Positions 8,219 through 19,413 of a stretch of 64,000 bases of DNA are shown piece by piece. Source of the stretch: Deltaproteobacteria bacterium (GTDB taxonomy: Bacteria > Desulfobacterota > DSM-4660 > Desulfatiglandales > HGW-15); assembly GCA_016931115.1 (NCBI GenBank), contig JAFGFM010000080.1:7577-71576 (forward strand). Reading direction: 5' to 3'. Numbering within the stretch: position 1 is the first letter of the stretch; each line of letters begins with the position of its first letter. The position numbers were made by a program, and so were the translations under genes. The notes below the pieces were generated by a model. It saw nothing but the letters and a program-made list of their open reading frames with translations. It searched no databases and had not been told where the DNA came from.

Positions 8219-8346
8219 TTTTTTCTCATCCAAAATGGGATACCTCTCTTCATAAATGGTCTTTGTATGATTAAAAAATATGGACAATTGTTAACTCAGA
8301 TAATATAGCCTAATATAAAGTATAAAAAAAAGGAAAATTATAAAAA

Positions 8347-9546
8347 ATGGCCGCTAGTAACTCAATTAGCCAGGAACCTGCATATAAAGATCAGTTTATG
8401 ACCCTCCTGAAAGACTCTCTTGTTCAGAACCGGTTTGTTAAACTAATTCTCGGGAAATACCGGGGACAGGATTCATCTCTGAATCGCATTCTTGTAAGAA
8501 ATATTGTTATTAAAGGTGAGCAGCGCCTTTCTATGATCTATTGCTACAAGACCAGGGAGGTTACGAAGAATGAAACATTAGCCTCAGGCATGGAAACGGT
8601 TCACAGGCTTCTTGGAGACCCCTTCATGAGCGCCCACCTCTTTTCATTAACCGGGGATATCCAGATAGAGTTCAGCCGGAAAGGCAAATGTCGTTTAATC
8701 AGCAGCAAGGCGACTCATAATACTGTTCCTTCAGAAAGGCATGACAGGGACAAAAAGCGTTTAATTGACCCTGATAACCCGTTTCTTACAGTACTGGGAA
8801 TAACAGATGAGGAGCATCGCATCATCCCCGCAATGGCGCGAAAATGGAAACAGATCCATAAGTTTTTAGAGATCTTCCAGCACGCATTTGAGTCATCCAG
8901 GATATCTAAGACAAATGGTGTTCATGTGGTGGACTTCGGGTGTGGAAAGGGATATTTGACATTTGCGATGCACGATCTGCTCCGGAACTCGCTTGATGGT
9001 AATGTGCAGGTAACAGGGGTCGAACTGCGGGAAGATCTCGTGCGTTTTTGTAATGAGGCTGCGAAAAACCTTGCTATAGATAGTTTGTCTTTTTATCAGG
9101 GTGATGTAAGCAGCTATTCACCGGAGATCATCCACATTATGATTGCGCTGCACGCATGTGACACAGCAACAGATCAGGCGATCTACCTGGGTATCCGCTC
9201 TAATGCTGAAATAATCATGTGCGCCCCATGTTGCCACAAGCAGATCAGGGAACAGATTCGTATTCCTGCGGTTATTGAACCCATGCTCAAATTTGGTGTT
9301 CATCTTGGGCAGGAGGCGGAAATGGTAACCGATAGTTTACGCGCCCTCCTCCTTGAGGCAAGCGGCTATACAACCCAGCTCCTTGAGTTTGTCTCCCTGG
9401 AACATACAAGCAAGAACAAGATGCTCCTTGCAATAAAACGCGATACAAATAACGATCGGGAGCATCAGCTTACAAAGATCGAAAAGCTAAAGGATTTTTA
9501 CGGCATCAGGGAACATTGTCTCGAAACACTACTGAATACAAAATGA
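8347..9546 (+). CDS. class I SAM-dependent methyltransferase (Methyltransf_32-like)
   Basis: VVDFGCGKGYLTF, IALHACDTATD, APCCH. Confidence 0.88.
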   Translation: MAASNSISQEPAYKDQFMTLLKDSLVQNRFVKLILGKYRGQDSSLNRILVRNIVIKGEQRLSMIYCYKTREVTKNETLASGMETVHRLLGDPFMSAHLFSLTGDIQIEFSRKGKCRLISSKATHNTVPSERHDRDKKRLIDPDNPFLTVLGITDEEHRIIPAMARKWKQIHKFLEIFQHAFESSRISKTNGVHVVDFGCGKGYLTFAMHDLLRNSLDGNVQVTGVELREDLVRFCNEAAKNLAIDSLSFYQGDVSSYSPEIIHIMIALHACDTATDQAIYLGIRSNAEIIMCAPCCHKQIREQIRIPAVIEPMLKFGVHLGQEAEMVTDSLRALLLEASGYTTQLLEFVSLEHTSKNKMLLAIKRDTNNDREHQLTKIEKLKDFYGIREHCLETLLNTK

Positions 9547-9670
9547 TTTTTATTGGAATATCTTGTAAATATTATTCTTTTTATTATTATCTTGCTCTAA
9601 ATTCGGAATTTCTATAGAGAAATAGGTGTAAAAATTATGCAACACAAAATAAAAACAGGAGAATATCAGC

Positions 9671-10561
9671 ATGGAAATTATTGTAAACAAACATGGCAAG
9701 GGTAAACTCGCAACAAAGACCTGTTTCAGTGACGAGTTCGGATTCAATGTGGCTTCAGTAATCGTTATGGGTCAAAAGGAATGTATTGTGGTGGATTGTC
9801 AGTGGACGCTCGCCAATGCATACAGGGTAACAGCCGAGATAATTGACAGCCAGCTCGAACTAAAGGCGATCTTTGCCACACATTCTCATCCGGATCACTA
9901 CTGGGGTATGGGCTACATGCAGCAGGCATTCCCGAATGCCAAGTGTTATATGCTGCCTGAAGACCTTAACCTTTACAACCACCAGTATCAGGCAAAACTG
10001 GATGAATGGGAACCCATCATGGGAAAGAACAACCTCTGCCGCAAACAGGCCGAAAATATAATCCCGCTGGACACAGGCTATCTTGAGCTTGAGGGAGAAA
10101 AGATTGAGGTCTTTGACCATGTAATGGGCGATTACAGGTGGAACTCTGTTGTCTGGATACCATCCATTAAAACCATGTATGGAAGCGATGTACTCTTTAA
10201 TCAGGCACACCCCTTCACATGCGAGGTAACAGCCCCGCAGCGAGCACAGTGGATAGCAGACATTGAAAAGATGGAAAAATACAATGCAGAGATAGTTATA
10301 CCCGGCCATCAGAAAGAGGGCTGCCCGCTTGATGGCAGCGCCTACAAGTACACAAAGGATTACCTGATTGCCACCGAGGAAGAGCTTGCCAATACAAAGG
10401 ATGCTGCTTCATTCTTTTATAACATGGTAAAGCGTTTCCCTGGCTCGAGCCTGATCATGTACTCAAACGAGATGAATGCTGAGGTCTGGAAGGGTGGACG
10501 CCCATGGGACTGGGTCCTTGATACAGTAGAGACACCGGCCATTAATCCGCTTAAGGGTTAA
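9671..10561 (+). CDS. MBL-fold metallo-hydrolase
   Basis: THSHPDH motif, GSD, IPGH. Confidence 0.85.
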   Translation: MEIIVNKHGKGKLATKTCFSDEFGFNVASVIVMGQKECIVVDCQWTLANAYRVTAEIIDSQLELKAIFATHSHPDHYWGMGYMQQAFPNAKCYMLPEDLNLYNHQYQAKLDEWEPIMGKNNLCRKQAENIIPLDTGYLELEGEKIEVFDHVMGDYRWNSVVWIPSIKTMYGSDVLFNQAHPFTCEVTAPQRAQWIADIEKMEKYNAEIVIPGHQKEGCPLDGSAYKYTKDYLIATEEELANTKDAASFFYNMVKRFPGSSLIMYSNEMNAEVWKGGRPWDWVLDTVETPAINPLKG

Positions 10562-10590
10562 TAGTTATTCCCAGTTTACAGGCATGTAAA

Positions 10591-10630
10591 TAACAAAAAA
10601 CCGCCGGTTTGATCCGGCGGTTTTTTGTTA
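10591..10630. terminator. bidirectional intrinsic terminator
   Basis: taacaaaaaaccgccgg-tttgat-ccggcggttttttgtta between convergent genes. Confidence 0.9.
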
Positions 10631-10658
10631 ATTTAAGTGTAGTGAATTAGATTGAGGT

Positions 10659-11315
10659 TTAATCTATTTTCGGCATACCTTTCATTTCCATATAACCCAT
10701 GGACTGGTATTTCCCATTAAAATAGGGGGCCAGTTGAAGCGCACTGAACATCATGGGTTTGGTAAGCCTCTTGATATCGCAGGGGTTATGCTCAAGCCCG
10801 GCAGGGATATAAAGAACCGTTGCCTTGGTGACAACGTGTCTTTCATACTCCGGACCCATAAAATACTCAATCTCTCCATCAAATGAGCCCACCAGGTCCG
10901 GCAGCTCTGCCCCCAGGAAAAACAGGTATTCATCTGTATCATGATGATGTGATTCAAGTTCAAGCCTGTAGGGCTTTGTGAACATCTGCCAGCCCATGTT
11001 GATCTTTGCGCCGGGGAGATCACTGTCACCCCTGAAATATGCCTGGGGACCTGCAACTACATCAGTAATGGAATTTTCTCTGAGCTTTGTGCTGAACAGA
11101 TGGTCATACTTTGTGCCGCTTGTGCCCTTTGGCCAGGGCGGGGGATTTCTAAAAAATGGGGAATCTTTCTTCTTTGCCTCCTGCGCTTCGGCTATTACAG
11201 GGGCACCCAGTTGAATCAGGGCGCTTGCTATTGCTGCACCGGCAGCGCCTGCGGTAACCCCCTTGAAAAAATCTCTTCTGCCTTCATCCACTTCATTGTC
11301 TTTTTTGGAACTCAT
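10659..11315 (-). CDS. Tat-signal cupin-like protein
   Basis: GRRDFFKG twin-arginine motif. ESHHHDTDEY...GLEHNP cupin-type motifs. Confidence 0.7.
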   Translation of the reverse strand: MSSKKDNEVDEGRRDFFKGVTAGAAGAAIASALIQLGAPVIAEAQEAKKKDSPFFRNPPPWPKGTSGTKYDHLFSTKLRENSITDVVAGPQAYFRGDSDLPGAKINMGWQMFTKPYRLELESHHHDTDEYLFFLGAELPDLVGSFDGEIEYFMGPEYERHVVTKATVLYIPAGLEHNPCDIKRLTKPMMFSALQLAPYFNGKYQSMGYMEMKGMPKID

Positions 11316-11496
11316 GGTTTTCTCCTTTCAAAAGGTATGGTTTTGTAGGTTTATCTACCCTCTTTTACCGGTAAATCTCCATCTATGCAAGAAGTTACTG
11401 GAAAAATTTTACACTATTCTGTCAGACACAAAAATAATGATGGGGGTAAAATGATGTAGTTAAATCTCTATTCAGTGCAAACTTACCCGATCTGAT

Positions 11497-12093
11497 CTAC
11501 CTTGTCCTAAAATAATTTGCCGAATCGATCAGTTCATCCAGATTTTGGCGAAGCATGGTAATTTTTCCGGTATCAGGATCATTTTTATTAATATTTTCTT
11601 GCTGCCACTGTTCATAATCATTGAGTATTGTTAGTGCAGTCTGCCCTTTTTCCTGTATGTTTTTGATCTTCTGATTTATTACATCAAACATATCATTGAT
11701 AACATCAGCTTCCTGAAGCAGAAAATCACCCTTCCTGAGCTTTATCCTGTTATCGAGGTTACCATTGCGTACATCCCTGAATGTCAGATCAAACCGGTAA
11801 AGAGGTCCAATAAAGCGGTTGAAGGTTCTTATTGAATGCAGACTGATAACACAAATGAGTGCAATAATTACCGGCCATACACGATAATGGAGCATCAATA
11901 TATTATCTGCTGCTACAGCACGCGCCTCTATACTTAAACTCTGATCATTCATGCGCATGATATCAGGGACAAATAAAACTGAAACCAGTACTCCGGTGAT
12001 AATGATAATGTAGATCAGGATTAGGGCGAGAAACCTGTACTGGTGTGATTTATTAATAATCCTGTAGGGATTTCTTTTGTACTTGCGCATCAT
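11497..12093 (-). CDS. two-TM membrane protein with HAMP-like domain
   Basis: Two hydrophobic helices, then GPLYRF...GNLDNRIKLRKGD. Overlaps the kinase stop codon by 4 nt. Confidence 0.7.
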   Translation of the reverse strand: MMRKYKRNPYRIINKSHQYRFLALILIYIIIITGVLVSVLFVPDIMRMNDQSLSIEARAVAADNILMLHYRVWPVIIALICVISLHSIRTFNRFIGPLYRFDLTFRDVRNGNLDNRIKLRKGDFLLQEADVINDMFDVINQKIKNIQEKGQTALTILNDYEQWQQENINKNDPDTGKITMLRQNLDELIDSANYFRTR

Positions 12094-13847
12094 GGTGCCC
12101 CCGTTTCAGAGCCGGGCCTGGGAAAGGTGATGGTAAACTTGGTTCCTTTTCCAACCTCACTCTCAAGCCCTATTGTTGCCTTATGGTGGTGAAGGATGGC
12201 CTGGATAACCGCCATTCCCAAACCGGTCCCCTTGTCTGGTGATTTTGTAGTAAAAAAAGGATCAAAGATACGATCATGCAGTTCCCTGGGAATACCGCAC
12301 CCATTATCTTCGATCGACAGGTAAACATTATCTGCTGATGAGCAGGTGGTGATCACTACCCTGCGATTATCATCGCCATTCCCTTCAAGCGCATGTATGG
12401 CATTTACTAAAAGGTTGGAGATAACCTGCTGGAGTTCATGCCCATCTCCAACTATGAAAGGAAGACTCCCCTCATGCTTTATTTCACATTCAATCTTCTT
12501 CATTAGAAGTTCATGTTCCATAAGAGTACATATCTGCCTCACAGTATCATTTAAAGAGATCGTCTCTTTGATCTTTTGTGACTGTGATGAGAATGATCTG
12601 AACCTTTCAAGAATGGAGTTTAGTCTTTCCACTGCATTAAGAACATTTGTCAATCTATCCTTTCTTTTATTTTCATCCTTCCCTTCAAACATCGCAAGTT
12701 CTATATTTCCATATATTGCTGTGAGGGGCTGTTTTATTTCATGCATAATGCCAGCGGCCATTTGCCCCATAGTACTTAACCTGGCTGCTTTTGTAAGAAG
12801 CTCCTGCCCGGCCTTTAACCGGTCACTCATTTCATTAAAACTGTTACCAAGCTCCTCAAACTCATCCCCGCTCTTTATGATAACCCTGTGACCTAAAGAA
12901 TCTTCGGATATCTTTCTGGTCGCCTTTTTCAATATCTCTATGGGCACTGTAATTTTCTTGATAAGATTGATGCTTAAAAAGATTACCAGCCCAAGGATAA
13001 ATGCGATGGTCAAGGCATAAAAAAATTCGGATTTCTGCATAGGGACAAGGACATCTGACCTTAATTCGCTCAGGACGATTGTCCATTCCTGTAAATAAAA
13101 ATTGGGTTTCAGGAACAGGGATGAATAACCCGAAAGATAGTCATTGCCCTTATTTTGCCACTGGAACTGGCCTGATGGTGCTTCAATCAGCTCACTTTTA
13201 ATTTTTTCTGAAATAGATGGAATATCTTTAATGGAACTGACCAGAACAATATCTGAACTGTCAATTACAAATATTTCGGTTAAAGGAGGTCTTCTATCAA
13301 TAACCTCCTGGATATATGCATGGTTTATTTTTCCAATCAGGAGTCTGTTTTCAGGTGTATTAGAGTTAACAGCCATGCACATTAACAGATCAAAAGAGGA
13401 ATTATCATATTTCTGAAGATAGAGAAGCGCCTTTCCAGACTCAAGATGCCCCCATTCTTCAATTGATATTTTTATTGGGCTCTTAATAGTTCCATAGATG
13501 TTTTTGATTTCCCCATTATGAAGAAGGGCAAATGCATTAAATCTACCCTCTACCCTTTCAAAAGAAAGGCTGTCCCAATTGGCATTCAGGCCATCAGGGT
13601 TTGTCTCATAGTAACCTGCAAAAAAACTTAATTCAGACCTGAGGAACTCCAGTTTTTCATACAAAGAGGTGGCCAGTGATTTGCTTTCTTTTTGCAGTGA
13701 TACACTATGCTGGCTAACAAGACTATTTCTGACATTGATGAAGGATATAATAGCAAAGACTGAAACAGGCAGTATTGCGCAGATAAAAAAAAGAATAAAA
13801 ATACGGCGCGCTACCCTGGTTTTAAATGAATTTAACACTACTGCCAT
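12090..13847 (-). CDS. HAMP-domain sensor histidine kinase
   Basis: Two TMs and HAMP. H-box MHEIKQPL, N-box NLLVNA, DNGCGI, FFTTK, GTGLG. Confidence 0.93.
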   Translation of the reverse strand: MAVVLNSFKTRVARRIFILFFICAILPVSVFAIISFINVRNSLVSQHSVSLQKESKSLATSLYEKLEFLRSELSFFAGYYETNPDGLNANWDSLSFERVEGRFNAFALLHNGEIKNIYGTIKSPIKISIEEWGHLESGKALLYLQKYDNSSFDLLMCMAVNSNTPENRLLIGKINHAYIQEVIDRRPPLTEIFVIDSSDIVLVSSIKDIPSISEKIKSELIEAPSGQFQWQNKGNDYLSGYSSLFLKPNFYLQEWTIVLSELRSDVLVPMQKSEFFYALTIAFILGLVIFLSINLIKKITVPIEILKKATRKISEDSLGHRVIIKSGDEFEELGNSFNEMSDRLKAGQELLTKAARLSTMGQMAAGIMHEIKQPLTAIYGNIELAMFEGKDENKRKDRLTNVLNAVERLNSILERFRSFSSQSQKIKETISLNDTVRQICTLMEHELLMKKIECEIKHEGSLPFIVGDGHELQQVISNLLVNAIHALEGNGDDNRRVVITTCSSADNVYLSIEDNGCGIPRELHDRIFDPFFTTKSPDKGTGLGMAVIQAILHHHKATIGLESEVGKGTKFTITFPRPGSETGAP

Positions 13848-13926
13848 AATAACCCTGACGTAATCATTATATATGCTTAAGAAATGGATAGATTTTTAAA
13901 TTAAACATTTCAATCACTCTTGATCA

Positions 13927-14460
13927 TTAATAATTTGAAGCAACACCAATATAACTCCCATTATTTGCCCTGATAATATCATCCCGGCTAGCCTTTGCTG
14001 CAAGAGGTGTCTGGCTTTTACCATCTTTGCCCATGCTGTAAAGATCAAAGTCCTCATTTATGGGCACAAGATTATGATCCTTTCTCTTATCCCCATTACC
14101 TTTCCCTTTAATAGTATCAAAATTAAGGTATTGATATGGGTTACCCCAGGGGTCCTTCATATCCCCTTTACCCATCTCTTCAAGACTTAATGGCAAAGTA
14201 CCATGATCACTCTGCCAGTCAGAGATATCTCTTTGTAAAAGCTTGATATCAGAGATAGCTATAGTGACCTTTGCCTTTTCAACAAATGATATATAAGCAG
14301 GAATTGCTATACCGGCAAGGATCCCTGTTATAGCTATAACAACCATCAGTTCAATGAGGGTAAACCCATTGGAAAAGAGATATCTAAAACCTTTTATAGA
14401 CCGGCCCCATGTTCTGCCCCTGTGAATAGAGAAAGATCTTATTTTGATAAAACTTTTCAT
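13927..14460 (-). CDS. type IV pilin/GspG-like prepilin
   Basis: GFTLIELMVV cleavage/methylation motif, DPWGNPY, YSMGKDG. Confidence 0.88.
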   Translation of the reverse strand: MKSFIKIRSFSIHRGRTWGRSIKGFRYLFSNGFTLIELMVVIAITGILAGIAIPAYISFVEKAKVTIAISDIKLLQRDISDWQSDHGTLPLSLEEMGKGDMKDPWGNPYQYLNFDTIKGKGNGDKRKDHNLVPINEDFDLYSMGKDGKSQTPLAAKASRDDIIRANNGSYIGVASNY

Positions 14461-14727
14461 ATCTTAATATATTTTTCACTCTTTAATCAATATTATCAAG
14501 TTGTTAGATAACATCAATTCAATATATTCTAATAAAAACAAAAAAATAAAAGCTAAAAAATAATACAGACAAAAGACAGCACATAAATGTTCTTTGTCAT
14601 TTATACATCGGCATATGGAAATTAATCTTAAATAGTCTTCTTCAGGATATAGAGGGGGTTGTGTTTGAAATTGACTACCCCGCCATAAAGAGACGGGGTA
14701 TAATGCAGCCTATAAAACAGCCAAGTG

Positions 14728-15597
14728 TTATTCAGTATCCATGCCCCAGTTTTTAAACATCTCTTTGTAAAAATCAGGGAGAGGAAAATTGGTTTCCATA
14801 AACATCTGGTGATCACGGTATGAGAATGGGCCATGTTCATTCTTTCTTATGCCCGCCATCATCTCAGCCATTTTTACCTGTGGTATAGAAAATATCAGAT
14901 CCCCTTCATCTGTAAGTGCGCGCTGGTATTCACCGGGGTCAGGAAGGACGATATAGTATTTGCCCTCCTTCATCGGGCTAACAACAGACCACCCGCATGA
15001 TGGCGGAAAAAAGTGATGCCTTACCTCAGGCACATCAGAAATTTTCAGGGATAAAAGCAGCCCGCGCAGTTGAGCAGGTTTGGCATAAACAAGCACAACA
15101 TCAGGCACAAAATCAGCCATGCTCAAAGGGGCAGTAACAATACCGATATATTTGCCATATTCAAAGCTGTCATATGGATGAGACCATTGATTAACAGATG
15201 CAGGTTTTTCAACCAGTCCGTATGCCATAACAGCGGTGGGGCACCAGTTATCCTCCTTAAGCATAGCTATAGTGACTTTATCCCTCCTTGACATGGAAAC
15301 AGCCTGACACTGGGTAAGATGATATCCGCGGTCTCTCTTTGGCCTGACTGCATCTTTTGGTATCTCCTCTTCCTTTGACACCATCTTTACTGCCACTGGG
15401 GATGTGCGCAGTATCAGCACACGTTCCAGATCCTCTGCATCCCTTTTATTTATCCCTGCTGTATCGGCAGGTTGATCAATATTTTTACCCTGTGCCTCTC
15501 CACTATTTGTTGCAGCGCCTGCAAGGCTGTATGCCCCAAGGGCCGCTGCACCAATCCCGAGCCCTAACACCTCACGTCGTGAAAAACTGTTACCCAT
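14728..15597 (-). CDS. DUF169-family protein with Tat signal
   Basis: SRREVLGL Tat motif. PVAVK...CQA...C, PDVVL, C, DPGE pattern. Confidence 0.75.
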   Translation of the reverse strand: MGNSFSRREVLGLGIGAAALGAYSLAGAATNSGEAQGKNIDQPADTAGINKRDAEDLERVLILRTSPVAVKMVSKEEEIPKDAVRPKRDRGYHLTQCQAVSMSRRDKVTIAMLKEDNWCPTAVMAYGLVEKPASVNQWSHPYDSFEYGKYIGIVTAPLSMADFVPDVVLVYAKPAQLRGLLLSLKISDVPEVRHHFFPPSCGWSVVSPMKEGKYYIVLPDPGEYQRALTDEGDLIFSIPQVKMAEMMAGIRKNEHGPFSYRDHQMFMETNFPLPDFYKEMFKNWGMDTE

Positions 15598-15780
15598 CTA
15601 TGAATCCTCCTTTCTCCATTATGAAAATGTGAAAATATTAATCCTGACTGTAAAGTCAGTTTTTAACACCTTTGGGGATAAATGTACAACTCATAGTTAG
15701 TGTGCATCCAGAAAGGGGCTAATTCTGGATGGGGCTTTCAGATGTCAGCTAACTCTTTGTTTTGAAAGTCTTTTGCTGAT

Positions 15781-15885
15781 CCTCCTTAGCACGAGGCTAT
15801 GGCGGGACAGGAAGCTGAACGCTGATGGCTGATCGCTTGCCCGTCCTCCGCAGTAGCTCTGCTACGGAGGATGGAAATCCAAAAA
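15781..15885. repeat. composite intergenic repeat (GGCTATGGCGGG motif, GCTGAnn heptamers, cctccgcagtag/ctacggagg hairpin)
   Basis: gctgaac gctgatg gctgatc heptamers and an imperfect inverted repeat read directly. Confidence 0.55.
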
Positions 15886-16011
15886 CGACAGCCTGGATGG
15901 ACAATAATAATGATTTTATTTGACACTCAAGATCTATCTTTCTATATATTAAAAACAGAATATGAATTCTGATAAGCAAACGTCCAAATATCACCTGTTC
16001 CGGAGGAAATT

Positions 16012-17691
16012 ATGTTTCGCATACCTTGTAATATGGCTTTACTGGTAGCTTTATTCTTTTTAGTGGCATGTAATCAGGAGAATACAGTATCTACAGTACC
16101 TGATAAATCAGAAACAACATCAGCAAATGCAACCTCTGAAAAGGCTGAAAGACCCAATATCCTGTTTATTCTGGCAGATGATCTGGGTTTCAGCGATATG
16201 GGCATTTATGGCGGTGAAATCCCCACCCCGAATCTGGATACCCTTGCTAAGGGCGGTATGATGCTTACAAACTTCTATTCAGGTCAGACATGCTCTCCCA
16301 CAAGGTCTATGCTTATGTCAGGCACAGACAACCATCTTGCAGGTGTGGGTGTAATGGGAGGCCCATCCAGGGAAGACCACAAGGATAAACCGGGTTATGT
16401 AGGGTATCTGAATTTCAGGGTGGTCTCACTGGCAGACATATTGCGTGATGCAGGTTACAATACCTATATAACAGGCAAGTGGCACCTTGGTATGGATGTG
16501 GAAAACGGGCCTGTGGCAAGGGGTTTCAGACGCGCATTTATCTCTCTTGACGGTGCAGCCCACCTTGGGAAATGGGACTGGCGCGGGCCTCAGCCAGCCA
16601 ACTACCGTGATGGTGAGACACAGATGCAGGTTGACGATGATTTCTACAGCACCCGCGTGTACACAGAAAAGATGATAGAGTATATAGAGAATGACCGAAA
16701 GGAAAATAAACCATTCTTTGCATATCTTGCCTATACTGCGCCGCACTGGCCCTTGCAGGCGCCTGATGAATCCATTGCACGTTTCAAGGGGAAATATGAC
16801 AAAGGATATCAGGCCCTTTATGAAGAGAGGTTTAATCGCCTTAAAAAGATGGGGCTTATAAAGCCTGACGCAAAACCGATCAGTAACGAACGCTTTCAGC
16901 CGGCATGGGATGCACTCAGCGATGAAGAAAAGAAGATAGAGAGGCGAAAGATGGAAATATATGCCGCAATGGTCAGCGATCTTGATACATACATTGGGCG
17001 GTTTATTGACTATTTAAAAAGTATCAATGAATACGATAATACCTTTATTATGTTCATGTCCGATAACGGTGCAGAATCAAGTAGAATGGACCTGGCACCG
17101 TTTATAGCAGATCATGTTGGCAAAGAATATGATCACAGCCTTGAAAACCTCGGGCGTGGAAACACCTATGTAATGTATGGTAAAAACTGGGCCAGTGTAT
17201 CTGCCGCCCCATTTTTCAGACATAAGGCAACCGGGTTTGAAGGGGGCGTTCATGTGCCTGCCTTTGTGCATTATCCGAAAATGGTAAAAGCAGGCACCAG
17301 CAGTAATGGTATGGGGCATGTAATGGATGTGTATCCCACATTACTGGAACTTGCAAAAGCAAAGCACCCCGGTACGAGTTACAGGGGCCAGGAGGTATTG
17401 CCTGTAAAAGGTAAATCCCTTATTCCTCTTATTACAGGTCAGGCGAATGAGATTCATGAGAAAAAAAATATCCATGGTTGGGAACTGCACGGGCACAGAG
17501 GCATAAGGCAGGGCGACTGGAAGCTTGTATGGGATCAGGCCCTGCCTGAAAATGAAAGAAGGTGGAGCTTATATAACCTTGCAGAAGACCCGTTTGAACA
17601 GAATGACTTAAGTAAAACCATGTCTGAAAAATATAAAGAGATGATTGCCAACTGGGATATCTACGCTCAAGAAAACGGTGTTATATATTAG
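16012..17691 (+). CDS. arylsulfatase (lipoprotein)
   Basis: ILADDLG, CSPTR formylglycine motif, GKWHLG, lipobox LVAC. Confidence 0.93.
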   Translation: MFRIPCNMALLVALFFLVACNQENTVSTVPDKSETTSANATSEKAERPNILFILADDLGFSDMGIYGGEIPTPNLDTLAKGGMMLTNFYSGQTCSPTRSMLMSGTDNHLAGVGVMGGPSREDHKDKPGYVGYLNFRVVSLADILRDAGYNTYITGKWHLGMDVENGPVARGFRRAFISLDGAAHLGKWDWRGPQPANYRDGETQMQVDDDFYSTRVYTEKMIEYIENDRKENKPFFAYLAYTAPHWPLQAPDESIARFKGKYDKGYQALYEERFNRLKKMGLIKPDAKPISNERFQPAWDALSDEEKKIERRKMEIYAAMVSDLDTYIGRFIDYLKSINEYDNTFIMFMSDNGAESSRMDLAPFIADHVGKEYDHSLENLGRGNTYVMYGKNWASVSAAPFFRHKATGFEGGVHVPAFVHYPKMVKAGTSSNGMGHVMDVYPTLLELAKAKHPGTSYRGQEVLPVKGKSLIPLITGQANEIHEKKNIHGWELHGHRGIRQGDWKLVWDQALPENERRWSLYNLAEDPFEQNDLSKTMSEKYKEMIANWDIYAQENGVIY

Positions 17692-17705
17692 CGATAGGAA
17701 TTCTT

Positions 17706-17734
17706 GTCTGGTTCCAACGGTCTCCGTTGGAACC
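17706..17734. repeat. REP-like palindrome (TTCC(C/A)AYGGTCTCCGT family)
   Basis: ggttccaacgg-tct-ccgttggaacc. Related copies at 33670, 34720 and 53072. Confidence 0.75.
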
Positions 17735-17839
17735 TCTCTTATATTAATGCTCTGCGTTAAGAATTATACAAATCCATATGGCAGGAAACAGATATCTTGC
17801 TCCATTGGTATCCTTTTTTTATAAATTCCGGCACCTGTT

Positions 17840-18088
17840 TCATGCCTTTTTAAGGGCCGTAAAAGTCCCCAGGCTGTTGCCGCTGGCAAAAGCCAGGATA
17901 TTCATCATCCCGTTGCTGGCGCTATCCTGCAGGATCATGGTCAGAAGCACGAAATTGACTACTGTAATGATCCCGCTCAAAATCGTGGCCCAGGCGATTT
18001 TTTTTTCAGCTATGAATCTGGTGTATTTTGTGACTAAAAGATCGACAATAAAACCTGCCACAAAAATGAGTATAATTTTCCAGACCAT
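17840..18088 (-). CDS. small membrane protein
   Basis: Strong RBS aaggaggt, three hydrophobic segments, FASGNSLGT end. Confidence 0.75.
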   Translation of the reverse strand: MVWKIILIFVAGFIVDLLVTKYTRFIAEKKIAWATILSGIITVVNFVLLTMILQDSASNGMMNILAFASGNSLGTFTALKKA

Positions 18089-18964
18089 GGGTCACCTCCT
18101 TTTATTGGGATTCGATGGAATGCGATCCTTACCTGACCGACGGACACCTGTCAGATTCCGGATATCAGGGACAAAGATATCTCTGCCCGGACCTATGACC
18201 TGAAAGGCGTTCAGCTTAATGATGAATTGGCTTAAAATAAATTTACTAGAGATAAAGATTCATGACTGGGAAAAAGAGAAGTGATTGACATGAATCCTAA
18301 TCAGCCAAAGCCCGACGGAGGTTGATCGTTTAAATCCATAAAAATCTCCATTTTTAAGTGAATAATAAGCCTATATTGGCGTTTTCCGGTCCAATATAAT
18401 ATTAAACGCCTGGAATGTCAAGATTTAGCCAAAAACAGACTAATACCGGTATTTTTCTAATATTTCAGGAAATTAACACAGGACTCTTCTCTTTTAATAA
18501 CGCTCTGTGTTAAGAATTTTCAAAATGCATATAGCAGGAAACAGATATCGTAATACTCAATTGGCAAGCTATTCTTATCCCGCCCCAACCCGGCAGCAAA
18601 ACTTTACCATCCTGACCCCAAAACATATTGACATACCCTATACTATTTCCCATAATGCCCAGGTCTCACCAGATTTGTTTTCATCAAGTTTTAATAAATT
18701 TTTGCGGGTATTTATACATGTTGATGTTTATCAGAAACTATTCAATAACTTGTCATAATTAACAGTAACAAGAGTAAAGCAGGGCTGGAAAATATATGAA
18801 AGATTCTGATTTTAGCAAGAGCTACCTTGATAAGCTCAAAGAATTTTTTGCCTTTTTGAAAAACCTTTGGGGTATTCTTGCGAGTGTTTCGGTTTTCTTT
18901 CCTCTTTCCAACATTTTACTTGATTCATAACCTGCCATAACCATAACGGCAGACATACATTAAA

Positions 18965-18990
18965 TGGATTCCCGTCTGCACGGGAATGAC
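18965..18990. repeat. ATTCCC-N8-GGGAAT palindrome (dRS3/RPE-like REP)
   Basis: tggattcccgtctgcacgggaatgac. Confidence 0.7.
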
Positions 18991-19384
18991 GAATCTATGT
19001 TCGTTAAAATCATTAGTAAAGTAATCATAATTGCTATGTATTATTTTTTTTACTGGAAAAGCTTATGGGTTATCATTAAGACTAATCACCTGAAAAATCA
19101 AGGGAAAATTTAAGAGAGCTGAAAGGTCAAAGTTGAAAGGAAGGACAATTCAGGGGATAGGAGAACAGCTATAAGATATTCAAGATTCAAGATTTGTGGC
19201 CTTTACGATAAGCTGTGAAATGCTTTCCCCTGACACCTTTTGAAAAATCGTAATTATCTCTCATATTATTTTCGTGTTGTTCTGTATTTTTCTTTTTCAT
19301 ATTGTACTTTAGGGAGTAGATTAATTGGGAGTCCCCCTCCAACAGCCCCTCTCACAAAGTGGAGGGGAGCTTTTTATGGTTTTT

Positions 19385-19413
19385 TTCGCGTCCATTCGCG
19401 TTCATTCGCGGTT
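19385..19413 (+). repeat. ATTCGCG-type repeat, left direct copy
   Basis: ttcgcgtccattcgcgttcattcgcggtt. Near-identical to 21398-21425. Confidence 0.8.

Noticed and set aside
17778-18203. 141-aa plus-strand ORF
   Set aside because: Antisense shadow of the 17840-18088 gene, which has a strong RBS.
18090-18240. Riboswitch or tRNA fragment upstream of the small membrane gene
   Set aside because: Short stems (ctgac/gtcag) and a TCGAATCC motif exist, but I could not match any known riboswitch or cloverleaf. It may be a gene remnant; an Rfam search is needed.
18200-19380. ORFs 18507-18758 and 19240-19434 in the long AT-rich intergenic region
   Set aside because: No RBS or motif support; the region looks like repeat and pseudogene debris.
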